Positions 20,346 through 30,486 of a stretch of DNA of 64,000 nt are shown here, piece by piece. Every line of letters starts with the position of its first letter. Within the stretch, counting starts at the first letter, position 1. A program made the translations under genes and the position numbers. A model generated the notes under the pieces. That model saw nothing but the letters and a program-made list of their open reading frames with translations. It ran no database searches and was not told the DNA's origin. Source of the DNA: an uncultured Thermoplasmata archaeon (GTDB lineage Archaea > Thermoplasmatota > Thermoplasmata > Halarchaeoplasmatales > Halarchaeoplasmataceae); the NCBI GenBank assembly GCA_964458595.1, contig CAYWJQ010000003.1, positions 48,200-112,199 of the forward strand, read 5' to 3'.

Positions 20346-21299
20346 ATGTCTGCGGAAGTCCAATCTAAAACGAACAATAAGCAGTCTCTTGAGAGAATAA
20401 CGGAGTGTCCCGAATGTGGAAGTAGTCAATTAGCTCAAGATTATGATAGGGGCGAACTGATCTGTGAAGAATGTGGGCTGGTGATCGATGATCAGTATAT
20501 AGATAAGGGCCCAGAGTGGCGCGCATTTGATATGAAGCAGGAGCAAAATCGAGCTAGAGCCGGCCCTGCGATGACTCAAATGATGCATGATAAAGGATTA
20601 TCGACCAAGATCGATGATAGTAATAGGGATTCTCAAGGCAGGAGTCTATCCAGTTCTAAAAAAGCTCAGATGTACAGGCTCAGAAAGTGGCAGAGAAGAA
20701 GCAGGGTATCGGGTGCTAGGGAAAGCACACTCGTTTCGGCATTGAGCGAGATCAAAAGATTAGCTTCGACCATGGGTCTTCCAAACCATGTGAAAGAGAG
20801 GGCGGCCGCTATCTATAGAAGAGCGGTAGAGAAGAACCTGATCAGAGGTCGAAGCGTGAAGATCGTAGCCACTGCCGTGCTTTATACGGCTTGTAGAAAA
20901 CTCGATATACCGAGGACTTTAGATGAATTCGCGGAAGTGACCAAGTACAACAGAAAAGAGATCGGAAGAACGTACAGATTCCTCAAGTGGGAACTCAATA
21001 TGAAATTGAAACCCACTAAACCTCAGAACTATATCCAGAAGTTCTGTAATCAACTGAATCTGAGCGGAGAGGTTAAAAAGCTGGCGGAACAGATCTTAAA
21101 TAGAGCCGAGGAGGAGGAACTCCTTTCGGGTAAAGGACCCACGGGATTAGCTGCCGCTGCTATATACATAGCCGGTATAAAGGCTGGAGATAGAAGAACA
21201 CAGATAGAGATCGCCGAAGTAGCGGATGTTACGGAAGTTACTGTTAGGAACCGGTACAAGGAATTAGCTGAAAAATTGGATATCGATGTAGACGTGTGA
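20346..21299 (+). CDS. tfb: Transcription initiation factor IIB
   Basis: CPECGS...CEECG Zn ribbon, GPEWRAF, HDKGLST, two cyclin repeats, [12 protein letters not shown]. Confidence 0.96.
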   Translation: MSAEVQSKTNNKQSLERITECPECGSSQLAQDYDRGELICEECGLVIDDQYIDKGPEWRAFDMKQEQNRARAGPAMTQMMHDKGLSTKIDDSNRDSQGRSLSSSKKAQMYRLRKWQRRSRVSGARESTLVSALSEIKRLASTMGLPNHVKERAAAIYRRAVEKNLIRGRSVKIVATAVLYTACRKLDIPRTLDEFAEVTKYNRKEIGRTYRFLKWELNMKLKPTKPQNYIQKFCNQLNLSGEVKKLAEQILNRAEEEELLSGKGPTGLAAAAIYIAGIKAGDRRTQIEIAEVADVTEVTVRNRYKELAEKLDIDVDV

Positions 21300-21330
21300 T
21301 ATCTTAAAAAATCCTTTGTAATGGTCTTCT

Positions 21331-21360
21331 ATTGGCCCTTAAAGAGGGCCGATATTTCTT
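21331..21360 (+). terminator. Hairpin after tfb, possible terminator
   Basis: ATTGGCCCT-TAAAG-AGGGCCGAT followed by a short T-rich tract. Confidence 0.35.
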
Positions 21361-21421
21361 CGATTAAGGGTTATACGAATACTTTATATTGGGCAAGATA
21401 TTTCATATATCGTGATCTCTC

Positions 21422-21841
21422 ATGGAATACGATATAGATGAAAACGTTTTAGTGGCTAAACTCGACGATGGTGATGGTTTTTTCGAGTCATTGGAAGAGA
21501 TAATCTCCGAGATCGACCAGGGATGTGGAGTGCTAGTTACCGCTATAGGGATGATCACCGATTTTAAGCTCGGGTTTTACGACAGAAAGAGTGGAGAATA
21601 TGAGTGGGAGGAGTTCGAAGAGCCGATGGAACTGGTCTCTGTGAACGGCAGTATAACTCAAGAGGGAAGCATGCATATGCACGCGGAAGTCGCAGACGAG
21701 AACCATAATGTATTGGGAGGCCATCTTGAGGAGGGTAAAGTATTCAACGTGACCGAGGTCACAATGCTGGTTTTTGACGAAATGGAGATGATCAGGAAAA
21801 GAGACGAGGAACTTGACATGGACCTGCTCTCTCTCAGGTGA
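21422..21841 (+). CDS. PPC/DUF296 domain protein
   Basis: ELVSVNGSI, HMHA and GGHL motifs. Confidence 0.88.
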   Translation: MEYDIDENVLVAKLDDGDGFFESLEEIISEIDQGCGVLVTAIGMITDFKLGFYDRKSGEYEWEEFEEPMELVSVNGSITQEGSMHMHAEVADENHNVLGGHLEEGKVFNVTEVTMLVFDEMEMIRKRDEELDMDLLSLR

Positions 21842-21847
21842 TAAGAT

Positions 21848-22258
21848 ATCGGATTCGAACAAATAGACCATACGGCGGATGTAGGGATAAAGGCCCACGG
21901 GGACGGGCTGGAGGAAACCTTCGAGGAAACTGCTAGAGGTATGTTCAGCATAATCACCGAATTATCTAAGGTAAGGGCTGTGACTGAACGGAATTTCGAA
22001 CTCGAATCGGACAATCTTGAAAGTTTACTGGTGAATTTTTTATCCGAACTCATCTATCTTCATGAAGTGAAGAACGAATTTTACAGTGAGTTCGATGTGG
22101 AACTCACGGAAAAAGAAAAGTACTTTCTCGAGGCTTCTGTTAAAGGGGAAGAGATAGACCCAGACCGACACGAGTTGGATACCGCGGTAAAAGCTGTCTC
22201 GTATCATGAATTGTCGATCGAACCTGAAGGCGAGATAAGGATAATATTGGATATTTGA
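21848..22258 (+). CDS. Archease
   Basis: In-frame upstream extension [13 protein letters not shown] and C-terminal VKAVSYH...ILDI; start codon appears to be ATC (see findings). Confidence 0.88.
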   Translation: MGFEQIDHTADVGIKAHGDGLEETFEETARGMFSIITELSKVRAVTERNFELESDNLESLLVNFLSELIYLHEVKNEFYSEFDVELTEKEKYFLEASVKGEEIDPDRHELDTAVKAVSYHELSIEPEGEIRIILDI

Positions 22259-22323
22259 TCCTACTTTCACTCTCCCCCGAAAAGAAGTTTAATAAAGGAC
22301 CTAGTTGTGAAAAGGATGATAAA

Positions 22324-23265
22324 ATGAGCGAAGAAGAAATAAAAGAGTTGCCAGGAGTAGGACCCGCAACTGCCGAAAAGCTCATGGACTCAGGTTACAA
22401 AGATCTAATGTCCATAGCAGTAGAATCACCACGCACCTTATCGGATGTGGCGGACATCGGTGATTCTAACGCAGGTAAGATAATCCAAGCTGCGAAAGAA
22501 GCAGCAGAGATAGGAGGATTCGAGACTGGCGATCAACTCTTGGAAAAAAGGAAAAATATAGGTATGTTAAGCACGTCGGCCGATAGTTTTGATGATCTAC
22601 TTGGCGGAGGTATAGAGACCGGTTCTATCACCGAGTTCTTCGGTGAATTCGGTTCTGGAAAAACCCAGGTTGCTCATCAACTTCTTGTAAACGCTACTCT
22701 TCCTGAAGAGGAAGGAGGGCTGGACGGAGAAGCGATGATAATAGATACTGAGAACAGCTTCAGACCTGAAAGGGTAACCGAGATAGCTGAAACTCGAGAT
22801 ATAGACGCAGAAGAGGTACTTGAAGACATCCATGTGGCGAGAGCTTTCAACACCCATCACCAGATGTTGCTCGCGGATGAGGCATTGGAGCTTGGGGATA
22901 AGCATCCTATAAGATTACTTGTAGTGGATTCACTGACTGCTCACTTCAGGGCAGAATACGTCGGCAGAGGCGCACTAGCGGAAAGACAGCAGACCTTGAA
23001 CAAACACCTTCATAAACTTTTGAAGTTCGCCGACAGGAACAATGCCGCTATAGTGGTAACGAATCAGGTGACAGCTAATCCCGATCAGTTCTTCGGTGAT
23101 CCGACAAAACCCATAGGCGGTCATATACTCGGTCATACAGCGACATTCAGAGTTTACTTGAGAAAGAGTAAAGGGGACAAACGGATAGCTAGACTTGTAG
23201 ATTCACCCAATATGCCCGAAGGAGAAGCCGTTTTCAAAGTAGAGGCGTGCGGTATCACCGAGTGA
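22324..23265 (+). CDS. radA: DNA repair and recombination protein RadA
   Basis: [44 protein letters not shown]. Confidence 0.96.
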   Translation: MSEEEIKELPGVGPATAEKLMDSGYKDLMSIAVESPRTLSDVADIGDSNAGKIIQAAKEAAEIGGFETGDQLLEKRKNIGMLSTSADSFDDLLGGGIETGSITEFFGEFGSGKTQVAHQLLVNATLPEEEGGLDGEAMIIDTENSFRPERVTEIAETRDIDAEEVLEDIHVARAFNTHHQMLLADEALELGDKHPIRLLVVDSLTAHFRAEYVGRGALAERQQTLNKHLHKLLKFADRNNAAIVVTNQVTANPDQFFGDPTKPIGGHILGHTATFRVYLRKSKGDKRIARLVDSPNMPEGEAVFKVEACGITE

Positions 23266-23423
23266 TATCAAATAAGGAAAACTCCAACCATAGCTTTTTA
23301 TATATAAAAACAATTTCTTATTTTCTCTTCCAATAATTTTATTTCATTTTATTTAAAAGATGCCCCTTTTTACCAAAGAAGGCTGCAAAAAATTTAAATC
23401 TCTCCACAGGAGATAATACTAGC

Positions 23424-23502
23424 AAGGGTATTCGGGGCTAGTAGGTTAGAGTGCATCCCATCCCACCATCCTGACCAAAAAACTAGCCCCTCCCTTTTTT
23501 TC
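23424..23502 (+). ncRNA. Candidate small stem-loop RNA
   Basis: TATA ~30 nt upstream, three nested stems, C-rich loop, terminal T tract. Confidence 0.55.
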
Positions 23503-23530
23503 ATACTGTAGATGTTTTATTCATCCATAT

Positions 23531-25702
23531 CTAGATCTTGCTGGAAGCTATAACGGCTTGTCCGAAGGGCACGCCCATATCACCGTTTGGGATGTTTTCA
23601 TGCACTGATAACTCGTAGTCATTTTTTTCGAGATATGATCGAACGCTCTCTACGATCGGTCTGTTATATGAAACTCCTCCAGAGATCCCAATATTTTCTA
23701 CATCTTTTTCCTCAGCGGTTTCTATGGCTGCTTCCGCCAAAGCTTCCGATACTGATTTCACGTAAGAAAATGCTTTATCTTTTCTCGGCAGGTCGTCTTC
23801 CATCATCTGGATAAAAGGTTGAAGAGTTTTTATAGAATCTTTTCCTAATTCGATAGGATATTCTTTCACGTCTTTTCCTTCCAGTAGAAGTTCCTCTAAT
23901 TTCATCGCAGGTTCACCCTCGTAGGTTCTTCGATCACAAACATCTAAACCGGCGGAGACCGCATCAAGTAATCTCCCGAAACTGGTCGTTTTCACGCTAT
24001 CCTTCACCAGATTGTCCAATATCTCTGCTTTGTTGCCGGAGAAATGATCCCCATCTAATCCCTTTTCTTTCTGTATCGCGTACATCAATCTTTTCGGTTC
24101 TTCTATCGCCTTCTCCCCGCCCAACATTGGGAAAGCTTCTAGATGTTTTGTCCTTTCATATCTTTCCTTCGTGCAGTAAAGGATCTCACCGCCCCAACTG
24201 TTTCCGTCTTCACCGTACCCGGTTCCATCCACGGCTATAGTGACGTTCTCTTCCAGATCGTGTTCAAGAAGCAGTGAAGCACCGTGTGACCAATGATGCT
24301 GTATTTCGAAGATTTCAGCACCTAATCTCTCTGCGAATTCCATGCCCATTTTTCTGCTTTGGTACCGAGGATGAAGATCTACACCTACCCCGCTCACCTC
24401 CTCGAGGCCTAAAAGTGACATCAGATGATCCACGGTTTCTTCGTAGAATTTAGATGCGGAATATGATTTTAGATCCCCCAGGTATTGACTGGCATAGAGG
24501 CGAGAATCGGTCGAAAGAGCTAGACAACCGCTTTTGTCGGCGCCGGATGCCATGACTTGATTGTCATCGAAAGGATAAGGTGAAGGCACGTATCCTCTCG
24601 ATCTTCTTATTATCGCCGTGTTTTCACCGTGAGTCCTTATCAACGAATCGTCCACTCTATTGGCTATCTTTCTATTGTGCAGTAAAAAGTATTCGAAGGG
24701 CAGGTCAAAAGCCTCTTCATTCTCGATAACCATGGGTTCTCCGGGCGGATTAGCGCTGGTCATGATCAGAGCATCGAAATCACCTTTTTCGAAGAGCAGA
24801 TGATGGAGACCGGTATAGGGAAGCATGATACCTATCGTCGGGAGTCCAGGTGCTGCCCGGTCTAGAAGTTCTCTCTTTCTATCCTTTTTCTCATAGACCA
24901 TTATAGGTTTTCTCGGCCCGGTAAATACATCCTCTCTTTCGATCTTTGCGTATTTTTCAGCCGTTTTAAGGTCTGGCATCATTACAGCGAACGGTTTTTC
25001 CGGTCGATGATATCTTTCTCTAAGCTGAGGGATTTTCGATAATTTACACACTATGTGCATCCCTCCCCAGCTTTTGGCGACTCCGATATTTCCCTCTTCG
25101 AGCAGACCTACAAAATCCGAGATACCGCCTATATTTTTTTTATTTTCATCGTAAAGCCTGTATTCCGGTCCGCACTCAGGGCATGATGTCGTTTGCGCGT
25201 GAAACCTTCTGTCCATCGGGTCTTCGTATTCTTCTCTGCACCCCTCACACATCGGGAAAGATTCCATGGTCGTCTTTTCCCTGTCGTACGGTAGAGAGTA
25301 TATAGCGGAGTATCGAGCTCCACAATTGGTGCAGTTGGTAAAGGCATAATTGCCTCTTTTGTTCTCTTCGTCCTTCAACTCTTCAACGCACTTATCACAT
25401 AATGCCGTATCTACCGGTATAGTCGATGACTCTCTCTCACCTTCAGAACTTTCGACGATTTCAAAGTCCTCAGCATGAATCTCTTCATCATACTTTTCTA
25501 CACTGGTGATATCTGCTAAAGGAGGTAAGTTATCTTTCAGCTCTTTAAGGAACTTATCAGCGTTTTTATCTAGAAGTACCTCTACTTCGCTCCCTTTGTT
25601 TTTGACATATCCGTTCAATCCTAAAGATTTTGCAATCCTGTATACCGTAGGTCGGAATCCAACCCCCTGTACCGTGCCCTTGATTATCAGCTTCATCAAC
25701 AT
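23531..25702 (-). CDS. hypF: Carbamoyltransferase HypF
   Basis: GTVQGVGFRP, NCTNCGARY, RRFHAQ, TSANPPGEP, QHH and DGTGYG motifs. Confidence 0.95.
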   Translation of the reverse strand: MLMKLIIKGTVQGVGFRPTVYRIAKSLGLNGYVKNKGSEVEVLLDKNADKFLKELKDNLPPLADITSVEKYDEEIHAEDFEIVESSEGERESSTIPVDTALCDKCVEELKDEENKRGNYAFTNCTNCGARYSAIYSLPYDREKTTMESFPMCEGCREEYEDPMDRRFHAQTTSCPECGPEYRLYDENKKNIGGISDFVGLLEEGNIGVAKSWGGMHIVCKLSKIPQLRERYHRPEKPFAVMMPDLKTAEKYAKIEREDVFTGPRKPIMVYEKKDRKRELLDRAAPGLPTIGIMLPYTGLHHLLFEKGDFDALIMTSANPPGEPMVIENEEAFDLPFEYFLLHNRKIANRVDDSLIRTHGENTAIIRRSRGYVPSPYPFDDNQVMASGADKSGCLALSTDSRLYASQYLGDLKSYSASKFYEETVDHLMSLLGLEEVSGVGVDLHPRYQSRKMGMEFAERLGAEIFEIQHHWSHGASLLLEHDLEENVTIAVDGTGYGEDGNSWGGEILYCTKERYERTKHLEAFPMLGGEKAIEEPKRLMYAIQKEKGLDGDHFSGNKAEILDNLVKDSVKTTSFGRLLDAVSAGLDVCDRRTYEGEPAMKLEELLLEGKDVKEYPIELGKDSIKTLQPFIQMMEDDLPRKDKAFSYVKSVSEALAEAAIETAEEKDVENIGISGGVSYNRPIVESVRSYLEKNDYELSVHENIPNGDMGVPFGQAVIASSKI

Positions 25703-25773
25703 TAGTAGAAAATGTTTGGTTTTTATAATTGTCCATCAAAAAGACTATTTAATCAGTTTCAGTTGACTTTTTG

Positions 25774-26421
25774 ATGATCTGTGGAATAGACGAGGCGGGT
25801 AGAGGACCGGTGATAGGTCCGATGGTCGTAGCAGGGGTAAAAACGAACGACGACAGGGACCTGATAGAGATGGAAGTCAAAGATTCAAAGAGATTGACCC
25901 CGCCCAGGAGAGAAAAGTTGAAAGGAAAAATAGAGATGGTTTCCGAGTTCAGCTTGAGGGTGATCCCCGCTGAAGATATCGATTCTTTAAGAGGTTCTAT
26001 GAGTTTGAACGATCTTGAGGCCGATATCTTCGCGAGTCTCGTAGACGAGATGTGTGACGATAAAGATACAGTATACGTTGATTCATGCTCGACCGATGAA
26101 GATGAATTTCGCAGATCCATAAAGAAAAGATCTAAAATCCAACCAGAAATCGTTTCCGAACACGGGGCCGATGATAACTATCCGGTGGTATCGGCCGCTT
26201 CTATCTTAGCCAAAGTTAAAAGGGATGAAGAAGTCGAGAAGATATCGGAGGAGATAGGAAGAGATATAGGAAGCGGTTATCCCTCCGATGTAAAGACTCG
26301 AAATTTTCTACAGGATTGGATCTCTGAAAATGAAAGCATACCGCCCTACACGAGGAAGAGTTGGGAGACATCTAAAAAACTGATTAATAAGTTCAAAACT
26401 CGTTCTTTAGATGACTTTTGA
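25774..26421 (+). CDS. rnhB: Ribonuclease HII
   Basis: GIDEAGRGPVIGP, DSK, VSAASILAK, GSGYPSD. Confidence 0.96.
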   Translation: MICGIDEAGRGPVIGPMVVAGVKTNDDRDLIEMEVKDSKRLTPPRREKLKGKIEMVSEFSLRVIPAEDIDSLRGSMSLNDLEADIFASLVDEMCDDKDTVYVDSCSTDEDEFRRSIKKRSKIQPEIVSEHGADDNYPVVSAASILAKVKRDEEVEKISEEIGRDIGSGYPSDVKTRNFLQDWISENESIPPYTRKSWETSKKLINKFKTRSLDDF

Positions 26422-26485
26422 TCTCCAACTCGTCTTCCTAAAATATAAATAAGTAAAATAATTTCCTGTATCAGTGATTCCGGTT

Positions 26486-26998
26486 ATGAAGTTGAAAATA
26501 GTCACTTCATTGTTGATCCTGATCTTACTCTTTGGATCGATTGGTTGTCTCCAAGAATCAAAAGAAAAGACGACGATCTACGAAATACGCTTAAAACAAA
26601 CCTACAAGGGTAAGGGAAGTATAAATAATACTGAAGAGAACTTTAACGAACTGAAAAATAGATTGGCTCACAATGAATCTTTACGGATCAATGAAGAGGG
26701 GCAGAATCGGATCAACTTAGATATTCTAAATTGGACAAGTGGATATGGATTGAATCTTACCGAAGCTAAGATGACTGGCAGGATAATTATTGGGAAAAAT
26801 GAAGTTAAAATTCAACCCTATACTGAATTTAAAGAAGAAGACATATCCGAAAAGGTAGTCACTAAAGATCTTGTAGAAAATAAAACACGTAAGGTACTGA
26901 AGAAAAATTCTAACGGGTACATTGAAGTGGTAAAGGATATCTATGATCTCCATTTAGTAAGTCATGCCACCACTGTTTCTAGTATCATAGATGCATGA
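26486..26998 (+). CDS. Hypothetical lipoprotein
   Basis: Hydrophobic signal peptide ending in the lipobox SIGC. Confidence 0.6.
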   Translation: MKLKIVTSLLILILLFGSIGCLQESKEKTTIYEIRLKQTYKGKGSINNTEENFNELKNRLAHNESLRINEEGQNRINLDILNWTSGYGLNLTEAKMTGRIIIGKNEVKIQPYTEFKEEDISEKVVTKDLVENKTRKVLKKNSNGYIEVVKDIYDLHLVSHATTVSSIIDA

Positions 26999-27136
26999 AA
27001 TGATCACTTCTCTACCCAAATAAAAGCAAATCGATTTCAATAGTCAGTATTTATAGAAAAATATGGGAACACACAGCATAGATATACCAAAGAATTTTTA
27101 TCGATACACCACTTAATTTGCATCAGAGGAAAAAAG

Positions 27137-27484
27137 ATGTCCGATGATCTTGACGGTAGAGAAATGATAGAAGAGTTGATCGAGAAATTCGAAGCCAAGA
27201 AAGAAGAGAACGAAGAGCTTAAAGAAGAGCTTTCTGACTTCCATAGAAAGATATTGGTAGAGTTCGAATCTGGTGAGAGTTATAATTTCACGCTGGACGG
27301 CGCGGAGATAGAAGGTCTAAATGACGGATCTATAGATGAGGCCGATATAAGATTATCCACCGATATCGAGACACTTCAAGGGATCATGAACGGTGAGATA
27401 AGTGCAATGAAAGCTTACGGGAGCAACAAGCTCAACGTTGACGCCTCTTTCACAGACTTGCTAAAATTTAAAAAACTGCTCTAA
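27137..27484 (+). CDS. SCP2 sterol/lipid-binding domain protein
   Basis: ADIRL...GIMNGEISAMKAYGSNKLNV pattern. Confidence 0.8.
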   Translation: MSDDLDGREMIEELIEKFEAKKEENEELKEELSDFHRKILVEFESGESYNFTLDGAEIEGLNDGSIDEADIRLSTDIETLQGIMNGEISAMKAYGSNKLNVDASFTDLLKFKKLL

Positions 27485-28770
27485 CTGTACCGTCCGACTT
27501 TTTCCGGTGGCAGCTTCATAAATTCTCTGAGTAGGGTAGTTGCATACGTGCCCTTGTTAAGTCCAAAACTCAATCTAACGGCTTCTCCTTGTAGTTCCCA
27601 TCCCAGATCATCTACAGGGGCAAATATATTTCTCCGGGTACCAGTGGATGAGATAGAAGACATCTCCGGTATGATGAAATCTTCTTTTTCTATACCCTCT
27701 TCTTCAATAATTTCTCTCTCGATATCTCCCTGTTCTCCTTCTGAAAGTTCTGATTTATGTCCGTAAAGCGGTGCGCTCACGTAAGCCTTACCTTCTCTAA
27801 CCTTTTCTGAAACTTTAGTGAGATTTCTCTCGGTGACTTTTACTTGGGTATCCTTGTTGGGAAGTCCGTCCCTGTCGGCCGGTAAGATCACGTCTCCGAG
27901 AAGCGCATCGTTGAGAGGGGGGTCTCTTTCCAGTCTCGCCGAGATCATCTTGTTGAATAGATAGGATTGGTAAGCGTGGACGAACATCATCAGTAGATTA
28001 TGGGGGAGCGTTTTTAGGGCCGAGGAGAAATCACCCGGATTATCCTTGAGATGATTCAATATTCTTCTCTCAAAAGTCAACACTTTAGGATACCTTTTCA
28101 AACCTTCTTCTGGATCCCATTCCTTTTCAAGGGACTCCCTAGCCTTGTAGCAATTTTCTTCTTCTCCTTCTTTTGGAGAGGCGACATATTCTTTCACAGC
28201 GCTCTCGAAGTCACCTTTCAAGATCTTCTTACCTACAGTATGAGTCACCGGCCTCATGGTCCCGAATCGCTGAACACCGAACCAATTTGGAAAACCTCCT
28301 TTCTCCTCGATTTTTCCCCCTATATCGTCGATTCTTTTTATAGCTTCGTCGCTCCCTACATCCATATCTCTTATCAATATTTCAAAATGATTTTTTTTGT
28401 GAGCTCCTATCCTCAGAGAACGGTGTGAAGTGAATATATCTTTGATCTCTACATCGTTTATCGAGAGATCTTTCAATCTCTCTGGAGAACACTTGAAAGA
28501 CATCCACTGAACCGTTATGGCTCTTTTATCTTTAGTCCCGCAGAAAGCGATATCGTCTCGGGAGATACTGAGATCGTTTGCGAGTTTTTTGACCAATCTG
28601 TTTGTCTCCCAGTTTCTCGACCATATCTTCGCTATACTGTACTCCCCTTCAGTTTCGTCAAAAAGATCGATCTCTTCCGTAACCCTGAAATCCTCGGGAT
28701 ATTTTTTTAGTCTACCCCCGACACCGGAGATATCAGTGAAAAAAGTATCCAACCCCACCTTCCTTTCCAT
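27481..28770 (-). CDS. truD: tRNA pseudouridine(13) synthase TruD
   Basis: PEDFRVTE, GTKDKRAITVQ, PNWFGVQRFG, GTYATTLLREF. Confidence 0.95.
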   Translation of the reverse strand: MERKVGLDTFFTDISGVGGRLKKYPEDFRVTEEIDLFDETEGEYSIAKIWSRNWETNRLVKKLANDLSISRDDIAFCGTKDKRAITVQWMSFKCSPERLKDLSINDVEIKDIFTSHRSLRIGAHKKNHFEILIRDMDVGSDEAIKRIDDIGGKIEEKGGFPNWFGVQRFGTMRPVTHTVGKKILKGDFESAVKEYVASPKEGEEENCYKARESLEKEWDPEEGLKRYPKVLTFERRILNHLKDNPGDFSSALKTLPHNLLMMFVHAYQSYLFNKMISARLERDPPLNDALLGDVILPADRDGLPNKDTQVKVTERNLTKVSEKVREGKAYVSAPLYGHKSELSEGEQGDIEREIIEEEGIEKEDFIIPEMSSISSTGTRRNIFAPVDDLGWELQGEAVRLSFGLNKGTYATTLLREFMKLPPEKVGRYS

Positions 28771-28806
28771 GGGTTCACACCAAGTCTAGAGAGCTAAAGG
28801 TTACTA

Positions 28807-29088
28807 TTACTCCTCATCTTCCTCGAATATTTCGGAATGTAATCTTTCGAACTGATTTTCAAATGATTTAGATATTTCGACAAGGAGCTCTTTAGGATCC
28901 GTTTCCTCTTCGACCTCTACCCTTAGGATCGGATCGTCCAACTCCTGATGTTCGACGGAATAATCGGCAGTTGTAACTCTCTCCTCTTTCACCAACTGTT
29001 CGATCATCGGATACATAACGGTGTCGTCTGCATCTTTGACTTCTATCTCCAAAGTCGTGTCGGTTTTTTCCAGTACTTTGAAATCCAT
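28807..29088 (-). CDS. rpoL: RNA polymerase subunit Rpo11 (RpoL)
   Basis: 93 aa; KVLEK..LEIE..DDT...ADYSVEH...P pattern. Confidence 0.75.
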   Translation of the reverse strand: MDFKVLEKTDTTLEIEVKDADDTVMYPMIEQLVKEERVTTADYSVEHQELDDPILRVEVEEETDPKELLVEISKSFENQFERLHSEIFEEDEE

Positions 29089-29137
29089 ATCTATACACCT
29101 CTATAGGTCTTATCTGACTCATCTGAAGTTTTTACTA

Positions 29138-30403
29138 TTATTTAAGGTATTTGTTTACCATCTTTATAGCACAAACGTCGCCGCACATGGAGCAGGCGTC
29201 CTCCTCGCTGGGATTTTTCTCTTCTCTGAATCTTCTAGCTTTTTCCGGATCTACCACTTCATCGAATGTTTTCTCCCAGTCCAGTTCTTTCCTTGCTTTG
29301 GATATCCTGTTGTCGACGTCTTTATCTATCCCTCGGGCTACGTCGGCCGCGTGAGCCGCGATCTTAGAAGCTATGGTGCCTTCCCTGACATCTTCTATGT
29401 CGGGCAGCCCGAGATGTTCCGCGGGAGTCACATAACATAGAAAATCGGCTCCCTCGGAAGCGGCTAAAGCTCCGCCGATCGCTCCGGCGATGTGGTCGTA
29501 ACCTGGAGCGAAATCCGTGACCAGCGGACCTAGCACATAGAAAGGAGCTCCGTTGCAGACATCTTTTTGTATATCGACGTTGGTCTTTATCTGATCGAGC
29601 GGGACATGTCCCGGCCCTTCGACCATCGCCTGGACGTTCTCTTCTCGAGATCTATCGACGAGTTCACCCAAAGTCAGGAGCTCCTGTATCTGAGGTTTAT
29701 CGGTAGCGTCCGCTATCGAGCCGGGTCTGAATCCGTCGCCCAAACTCAAGGTTAGATTATGTTCTTTAGCTATCTCTAACAAATAATCAAATTCAGAGTA
29801 AAGAGGGTTCTCTTCTTCATTATGAAGCATCCATGCGGATAAGAATGACCCTCCTCTACTCACGACGTTAGTCAATCTTCCACTCTTCTTCAAACTCTCC
29901 ACCGCTTTCATCGTCACTCCGCAGTGAACGGTGATAAAATCAACGCCGTCCTCGGCATGTTTCCTTATACTGTTAAATATATCGTCTGAGGTCATGTCGA
30001 CTACGGCGCTCTCTCTAGCCAGCGTCAAACCACATTGATAAATCGGTACGGTACCTATAGGTAGATCGGTCCGGCTTATCATATCTCTTCTTATCTTGTC
30101 GATATCTCCACCGGTACTCAGATCCATGACCGCGTCCGTTCCGTATTTTTCCGCTATTTCCAATTTATCTAGTTCCTCTTCCAAACTCGATCGATCTTTC
30201 GAGGTGCCAAGATTGACATTTATCTTAACCTTCAAGTCTTGACCGATGGGTTTAGGTTGTGGATCGTGTTTTGGATTATAAGGTATGACCGCCTTTCCTT
30301 CTGCGATAAGATCGGCCAATTTTTCTGCTGAGATAGGTTCTTCTTCCGCGGCTTTCTCCACTATGGGCGGAACGCCGTTTTTACAGTCCTCAGGTAAAGT
30401 CAT
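29138..30403 (-). CDS. thiC: Phosphomethylpyrimidine synthase ThiC (ThiC/Bza family)
   Basis: MDLSTGG, GTVPIYQ, SRGGS, EGPGH, YVTPAEHL, CSMCGDVCA. Confidence 0.92.
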   Translation of the reverse strand: MTLPEDCKNGVPPIVEKAAEEEPISAEKLADLIAEGKAVIPYNPKHDPQPKPIGQDLKVKINVNLGTSKDRSSLEEELDKLEIAEKYGTDAVMDLSTGGDIDKIRRDMISRTDLPIGTVPIYQCGLTLARESAVVDMTSDDIFNSIRKHAEDGVDFITVHCGVTMKAVESLKKSGRLTNVVSRGGSFLSAWMLHNEEENPLYSEFDYLLEIAKEHNLTLSLGDGFRPGSIADATDKPQIQELLTLGELVDRSREENVQAMVEGPGHVPLDQIKTNVDIQKDVCNGAPFYVLGPLVTDFAPGYDHIAGAIGGALAASEGADFLCYVTPAEHLGLPDIEDVREGTIASKIAAHAADVARGIDKDVDNRISKARKELDWEKTFDEVVDPEKARRFREEKNPSEEDACSMCGDVCAIKMVNKYLK

Positions 30404-30486
30404 CGGTAAATCATGAGCAGTTCGGCCTTAAAGTCTTTTTGTAGGTATTTCTTCAAAGATATGAAAGATATAGTGGAAGAACATAC

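Noticed and set aside
30404-30480. TPP riboswitch upstream of thiC
   Set aside because: No conserved CTGAGA core found on the minus strand, and a TATA-like element ~30 nt from the ATG suggests a very short leader
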